From contig CM074808.1 of assembly GCA_037447605.1 (NCBI GenBank), forward strand, positions 1,736,001 to 1,800,000: 64,000 nt of DNA. Reading direction: 5' to 3'. Source of the DNA: Zygnema circumcarinatum SAG 698-1b (lineage: Eukaryota > Plantae > Zygnematophyceae). Within the stretch, counting starts at the first letter, position 1. Each line of letters starts with the position of its first letter. Positions 57,542 through 64,000 of the stretch are shown here, one piece after another. Under the pieces are notes generated by a model that was not told the DNA's origin, did not search any database, and saw nothing but the letters and a program-made list of their open reading frames with translations. A program made the position numbers and the translations under genes.

Positions 57542-59095
57542 TCATCCTCCACATCCTCCCTCGCATCCACCTCCACATCCTCCTCCACTATCCCCCCCAT
57601 AAATTCCAAGATTAAAGCCCAACAATAAAGCCATCCAGGAAGCGCGGCTATCATCAGATCTTCCACCTCCCATCCCTTGGACATTTACAACCTGAGGCGG
57701 CGGTTGGTAGTACTGCGGAGGCGGAGCTGGCGATAACTGACCGCTGGAGAACCTAGGGCCCGCTACCTTCACAGACACAACAATCCTTCCCTGCACACGC
57801 TTATTTGGGCGGTACACGGGGTACACGCCAGTGTGAAGCTCCTCCGTTTGGTTCATAGCCGGCAATAGGGACACCAGCGCTGTTCCCACAGGGCGGCCCC
57901 TGAACTTTTCCGTGCTGCAGATCCATGTTGACAATTTGAGCCTAGTCCCTCCCACTACTCTCACTCTCTGACATGCTTGCAATGTCTGAATCAATACAAC
58001 CCTCAAGTGCACACACTGAAAAGCAAATGATCCAATCAAGCAAACACCGAAAGAGAATAAGTAAGGAGAAAGCTCCTCGGCCTCAAAACTCCTTAATAAA
58101 GAAATGAAGAGAAACAAGCATTTATGTCAAGCCCTCAGGCTTCCACCTATGCTCTGAATAACTCCCCTACTTCCTGCTGCCCATACAGCCAGGCAACTAC
58201 ACTCGGCAACACGAGCCAAGCTACAGCTGAATTAAGTTGAACTCTCAGGTTAATTAACTCCTAATCAACCCCTACTTAAATACTAAGCGCTGCACTACTC
58301 ATCGCTCCCATCAGACCAGCCAAGGCCACCGCGGGCTCCAATCGCCATTGCAGCGCACTTCCATGTCAGCTGGTGATGTTCCACGCCCCAGGAGCTCGCC
58401 CGCACCGCGCTGGAACTCATCCTCAGGGTCGCCATGGCCAGGAGGGAGAAGGTCCGTACAGTTTCCTCCTTCCAAAGGCGCACCGACCTTCTCGAAGCTT
58501 CGCATCCACGCGCGCGCTTCTCCAGCGCCTAAGTGTTGGTCGTCCGTACACCCATGCATCTCGTACGCTCCGGACATTCTGTACGGTCGTCCACTAAAGC
58601 AATAAGCAATACAAAGCTGATCGCGCAGCCTATCGCTGCGCGCCACGTGTCCAAACTATACTTATAAATTCTAAGTAGACTCCTGTGGTGGCGCGGCCTA
58701 TCGCCGCCCTCCACGTGTCTTACTCAGACTTCCCGTGTTCCCACCAAGAACAGCGCCCTAGCGCCTTGTTCAGACTGTGACCAAATCTCCTAAGGACCGC
58801 CGACAAAAGGCTAAGGACCGTACAGCGTACAATTCTAGGCTATACCCCTATTGTACCCAACAATCCAGATCACAATCGTTGGGTTTGCGTTGAGCAGGAG
58901 GTTCTCATCGACGGTGAAGATAAGTTGCTCGTTCCAGACGGGCGCCGTTTCGCTTGTGATGCATGCCTGTGAGGCCTTCCGCTCCCTCGTGCCCAGAAAA
59001 GCGACCTCAGCGGCAGGGTTCTGCTTCCCGAAGAGCTTAACTTTCTTCAAGCCTGTCGCCGAAATCAGGTTCACCGTCACTTCTCTGCGTGCCAT
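57542..59095 (-). pseudogene. SRC2: SRC2-like paralog 2, interrupted by a solo LTR
   Basis: N-half 59095-58863 (MARREVTVNLISATGLKKV..IVIW) and C-half 57925-57542 (ICSTEKFRGRPVGTALV..GGGCGG) are collinear with paralog 1 once 57926-58862 and one TSD copy are removed. Confidence 0.85.
57926..58862 (-). mobile_element. Solo LTR B (937 bp) inside the SRC2 paralog 2 coding sequence
   Basis: TG...CA termini. Perfect 5-bp TSD ATCCA at 57921-57925 and 58863-58867. Confidence 0.92.
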
Positions 59096-59919
59096 GGGCA
59101 GCTCCTCTCCCCGCGAAAGGCCAGCCCTTTCGGTAAGGAATGAGTGAAAAACAGACCCCTTTCCCCTTCGAGGCAGGACCTAGCGACGGCCTCCTTGCCT
59201 CTCTAGTCCCTCCCCTCCACCCCACGCCCCCCTCCCCCTCACCCTCCCCCTCCCCCTCCCCCTCCCCCGCCCCTCTCCCCCCTCTGGACAGTGCCGCCTT
59301 TGTAGGTACAGTAGCGCAAGGCGGGCCGGAGCGGACCTCGCTTGCCCGCGAAGCCGGACAAAGGCGGGCGGGCGGACTAACGCCGTACGGTACCGGGATC
59401 AGGATCAGGATCAGGATCGGGATCAAGCGCCGGATCAAGATTCACGAGTCGCAGATTCTCGAAGGTGGACCTTTTTCTTCGCGGGCGGAGGGCCGGGCGT
59501 GCGACACGTGGCTTGCGGCCTCTGGGGATGATGTCATGGTCTGACGTTGCTTAGCATCGTTTTAACTTTTGCGGACGGGGTTCAAGTTTGCTGACGTCAC
59601 CTCCCACTTGCGGAGGGTTGAAGTTTTTTGGGCCGATGTAGCAGTGGATGGGCATGGATCCATGGATCGATCTCCCTTGCTGCCATCGACTAACTGTGCG
59701 GTGGATGGTGTGTGGAATGCCATGTTTTTGTTTTATGATGTTGATGATGATGATGCTGATGCTGATGCTGATTTTGTCCATGTACAGTTGATGACATCGC
59801 CATCAAGAGATCCATGCCACATCCCTTTCTTAATTTATGCCACGTTTCTTCTTTATGTAGAGAACAAATGGGAAATGAAAATCAGTCAGTCCTTACTTTC
59901 CGCCGCGGATCACTTCCGA

Positions 59920-60265
59920 CAGCCAAATCAATGGTTGATTTCGACCGTGGGCAAGGGTGGGCTGGGTCCTGCGCCAATGGGTCGCAACCAATTCAATGGC
60001 TGGAAACCACTGCCATCCAATGGCTCCAACCAGTGGCGGACCTACATATTCAAGCTGGGGGGGGTTAGCCCCCTCTCACTCAGTTTTTGAAAATTTAACT
60101 TTTTATTTTATTTTATCTTACTATGCTAAAAGCGGACTTAGTCTCCCCTTAGGGTTTAATTCAATTTTTATTTTATTTTACCGTATGTATTTTATGCTGA
60201 AAGAGGGCTTAGCCCCCCCTCAGCAAAAATCCCGGATCCGCCACTTGCTACCCAACCGTTGGCAA
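59920..60265. repeat. Degenerate copy of the 42-bp hairpin repeat family with a small CAGTGGCGGA...TCCGCCACT MITE-like insert (about 60031-60246)
   Basis: GTCCTGCGCCAATGGGTCGCAACCAATTCAATGG resembles the unit at 33601-33640. Short inverted termini; TSD not clean. Confidence 0.5.
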
Positions 60266-60731
60266 TGACTGGAGGCGGATAGTCCCCCATTCATTTGCTT
60301 CCTTGCAACCAAGGCAACTTTTTTCAAGTCTGAGACCCCGAGACGCTAAATTCTGTAACTCTGAAGAAAAAGGGGCTTCCGCCCGTTTGATACCAAAACG
60401 AGTACCGGTACGGTACCGCCCCTATAGCGATCCAGTTGCAATGAGTACTCCCTCCGTATGCGACCCCTTAGCCATTACCGAGAATCCCCTTCCGTTCCTT
60501 AGCCATTACCGAGAATCCCCTTCCGTTCCATATTGTTGCCCGCCCTACCGTAGCAATGTCGGCGGAGGGAGGTTTTACAGCGCGCTGAACCCCGCCCAGC
60601 ATTCCGCCGCCCGCCTGCCCTCAAGGGGGGGCTAAGAGAGCTGTGCCCGGCGTCAGTTGAGGCCCCAGCTGGCGACTTGCTCGCTCGCCCGCGCTTCCGC
60701 GCGCTGAACAGGAGGGCAGGCAGGAGGGGCC

Positions 60732-63700
60732 ATGGCTGCCGTGCGCGCTCCCGTGCCGCTGCCGGCTGCGAGCTCTAACTGCCCTCCTCTTCCGCGCGGG
60801 AAGAGCTCAATTGCTAGCTATGGAGGAACTGACTGCTCTTCTGATCGCGCTGCACTCCGCGCTACGCCTGCAAATCCTGCTGGAAGGTCTGATAAACATG
60901 TAGGACTAAGGCAGGATGGATTGCGTGGTGGTCATTTGCATGCCTGGAGAGTCTGCGAAGGTGGATCCGCCGTGTGCCAGCAGGAGCTCCAGGGCCTCAG
61001 GAAAAAGGCAGGCCGGCGGGAGACTTCAGTGCGTTGTGAGGCGGTTGAGAAAAGCGCAGTAGTGGAGGCTACTAGAAGTGCTCAAAAGTCAAACGGATTC
61101 AGTGTAGTTATGAAATTTGGCGGCTCTTCAGTAGCAACGGCAGAGCGCATGCTTGAGGTGGCTTCTCTGGTTCAAAAGTTTCCTGAGGAGTCGCCTGTAA
61201 TTGTTCTGTCCGCTATGGGCAAGACAACCAATAATTTGCTTAAGGTAAACTCACATATTTGGCCTGTGCATCTTCACAGCTAGATGGAGGGAGGACCTTC
61301 GAGAATCCTTTAAGCACTCGTTCAATTGTCAGGAATTCTTAAACGCATTCAATTATTGTCATAAAAGTAGTAATTTTCTCCCTGTTAGTTATCACTTACC
61401 GGCCATCACAATCTCAAACTTAATCCTTTACTTCTTAAACCGTAGGGTTGTCAAGGGACTTGAGTTAACGATTTGGAGGAATTAACTGCAAAGCTAGGTT
61501 AATTTGGCTCGCTTATGAAGTCTGTAGTTATTCAATTTCAATCATGTCAACTGATTTCGTTTTGCAGGCTGGAGATGCGGCAGTAAGTTGCGAACAAAGT
61601 CGCTGCCGCGATATCCAAGAGCTGCATACCATAAAGGAACTCCATTTGCAGTAAGTTCACAAGTCATGTATTCGACTTATTCAACTCAAACCATTCATTG
61701 TGTTTTTAGCGTTTTTCTTTGGCTCTCCCAATTTTGTCAGACGCTCTCTATGCATGGATGTTTTTAAAAATACAGTTTGCTGAGTTATTTCATCTTTGTT
61801 ATGGTGATAATGATATTGATAAAATAGTTAGCTCTACCCGTGGCTGTGTAGGCAAACTGAAACAAAACGACTGAATGCGTTGCATCGTGGTTTGTTTCAG
61901 AACTGTGAAGGAGCTTGGCTTGGATTCCACTATTGTAGATGGTATGTCTTTTATGCCACATCCTTCACTGTACCAAAGAACCTACAAAATAACAGCGTCC
62001 CTGTATTTCATTAAGGACTGACTACCAGAAGCTTTCAAGGACTTGTACGAGTATGAAGTTCTTACTTTTTTAGTTCGAGTCGCAGTGCGTTGTATTGCAA
62101 GTTGTAGCATTTACATTTGAGTCATTCTTTGGTTGTTTTAGACTCTACTTGCTCATGGAACGCATCAAGGGGGAATTTCAGAGCTTTTGGAGGAGCTGAG
62201 TCAACTATTGACTGGGATTTCCCTCATGAAGGAGCTGACACTGCGGACCAAAGACTACCTGGTATCATTTGGAGAGCGTTTATCCACACGGCTCTTCTGC
62301 GCTTTGCTTAACAAGCAGGGTGTAAAGGCTCGCCAGGTGATTTTGTTTATCAGAGAATTATGGTGAAGACTCCCTTCAATTTGGTTGTGTGCCATCACTC
62401 TCCTCAGCATGGCTTTAAGGGTTTTATGTCTAGTGCATGGCTGCCAGCATACAATGTGTGGATGGGTTGTGTCTTAACCAATACTTTTGCCTTTTCCCCT
62501 CAATGAAAGGCGTGGCTCTCAATGTGTTGAGCCCAATGCTACATTAGCGTCCGCCTGCCTAAACGCAAGAGGATTGTGGTAGACACTGACGGAACTTATT
62601 ATGAATGATCGCAGTATGACGCATTCAAGATTGGGTTTCTGACTACGGACGAGTTCACCAATGCTGATATTCTTGATGAGACTTACGGTGCGGTGTCGGA
62701 GCACCTGAACAGAGAATGGCAGGAAGATCCAGCCATTGCAGTTGTTACAGGATTTCTGGGCAAGGTACGTTCCCTCGCCTAAGTATCTGGGGAAAGAATA
62801 CGGATTCAGGTGGGCCTTTTGTACGGAACTCTTGTGGCGTCGATAAACTCATGAATGCCACATCATAGAGTATGTACAGGTTAGAGCAAGGTGCAATCAG
62901 GGTCTCTCGGAATCGTTTTGTCTTTTGTGATCTTCTTGTTGATCTAGCCATTAATTACCCATAGACAGCAATATCACCATTGTCGAAGTTTTAATCATTT
63001 TGGACAGTCAGCCACACTTCTGCTATAGTTCTGGTCATAGCAGCTGTGGTTGGGGTTTCTTATGGAGGAAATTTTGTAACCTTTGCCTGCCCTTGCTACT
63101 TTGAAAGTGAACGATGAAGTTAAGGAATATTTGTAAACTATGATATATTGATCAATGGAAAGGGAGGATGCAGGGCCGAAAGACAGGTGCGATTACCACA
63201 CTTGGTCGTGGTGGCAGCGATTTAACAGCCACAGTTATTGGCAAGGCGTTAGGCCTTCGAGAAATACAGGTAACTACTGTTGGCCTTTAGTAGCAGGAAA
63301 GGCACATGAAGGGGGTGACTCCAGCACGCACATGAATGTTTTTGGTGATTGAGTGAATGACGTGCTGCAGGTTTGGAAAGACGTCGACGGAGTGCTGACC
63401 TGCGACCCAGGAATCAGACCACAGGCCCTCTGTGTGCCTTTCCTGACTTTCGATGAAGCAGCTGAACTCGCATATTTTGGGGCTCAGGTATATCATCAGT
63501 CTTTTGAAAGTAGTACTACAGATAATCATTGGAATTATCTTTCATCGTTAACCACGAAATCTGAAGATGTGAACGAGGGGGACAATGCAAGTTAAGATCA
63601 GAGATATGTTATGACTATCTTTTTGTAAACATGAGTTCTTTGCTGTGCTTGTGTACTTCAACTTTTAATCAATACGCACTATGCCCTCCCTGTGTATTTT

Positions 63701-63970
63701 TGGAAGCTGCCTCGCTTTCGCCGGTGTACTCAATTGGATGCAGTGTGACCACTGCAGGTGTTGCATCCACAGTCCATGCGTCCAGCCAAGGATGCTAATA
63801 TTCCTGTACGCGTGAAAAATTCATATAATCCGTCGGCTCGGGGTACGCTCATCACAGGGAACCGTGACATGAGTGGTGCCCTTCTCACCAGCATTGTGCT
63901 CAAGTCTAATGTGACGATGCTGGACATTGTCAGCCTGCGTATGTTGGGCCAGTTTGGATTCTTGGCAAAG
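60732..63970 (+). CDS. AK: Plastid-targeted monofunctional aspartokinase, 3' end beyond the window
   Basis: Transit-peptide-like N-terminus, then [124 protein letters not shown], across GT-AG introns. Confidence 0.96.
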
Positions 63971-64000
63971 GTATGTCAATTTTCACGATACTGGTCAAGC

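Overview
Eukaryotic nuclear DNA with GT-AG spliceosomal introns. The plant-type genes and microsatellite-rich introns suggest a streptophyte green alga; this is an inference and I cannot name the species. Bases 1-17.3 kb are a nest of LTR retrotransposons: one Copia, three Ty3/Gypsy elements (one with a chromodomain) and a very young 453-bp TRIM whose 130-bp LTRs carry a tRNA-like Pol III promoter segment. Bases 17.9-64 kb are gene-rich: a SOSS-B/SSB1 OB-fold gene, a BAT1-like ACT/APC permease (11 exons, 531 aa), then a bacterial-type 'type III glutamate-ammonia ligase' (GlnT/GmaS-like; 11 exons, 458 aa, complete frame reconstructed by hand), an unresolved decayed region, a hAT MITE, REV1, a single-pass membrane protein, two SRC2-like C2-domain paralogs (one split by a solo LTR) and a plastid aspartokinase cut by the window end. 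The two strongest leads are (1) the intron-containing bacterial GlnT/GmaS-like gene beside an amine/amino-acid permease, a possible horizontally acquired amine uptake and gamma-glutamylation module, and (2) the tRNA-bearing TRIM nested in the LTR of its probable helper Gypsy. All exon models were read by eye. No database searches were run, so family assignments rest on recalled motifs. Parts of the TE region look like unpolished long-read sequence.
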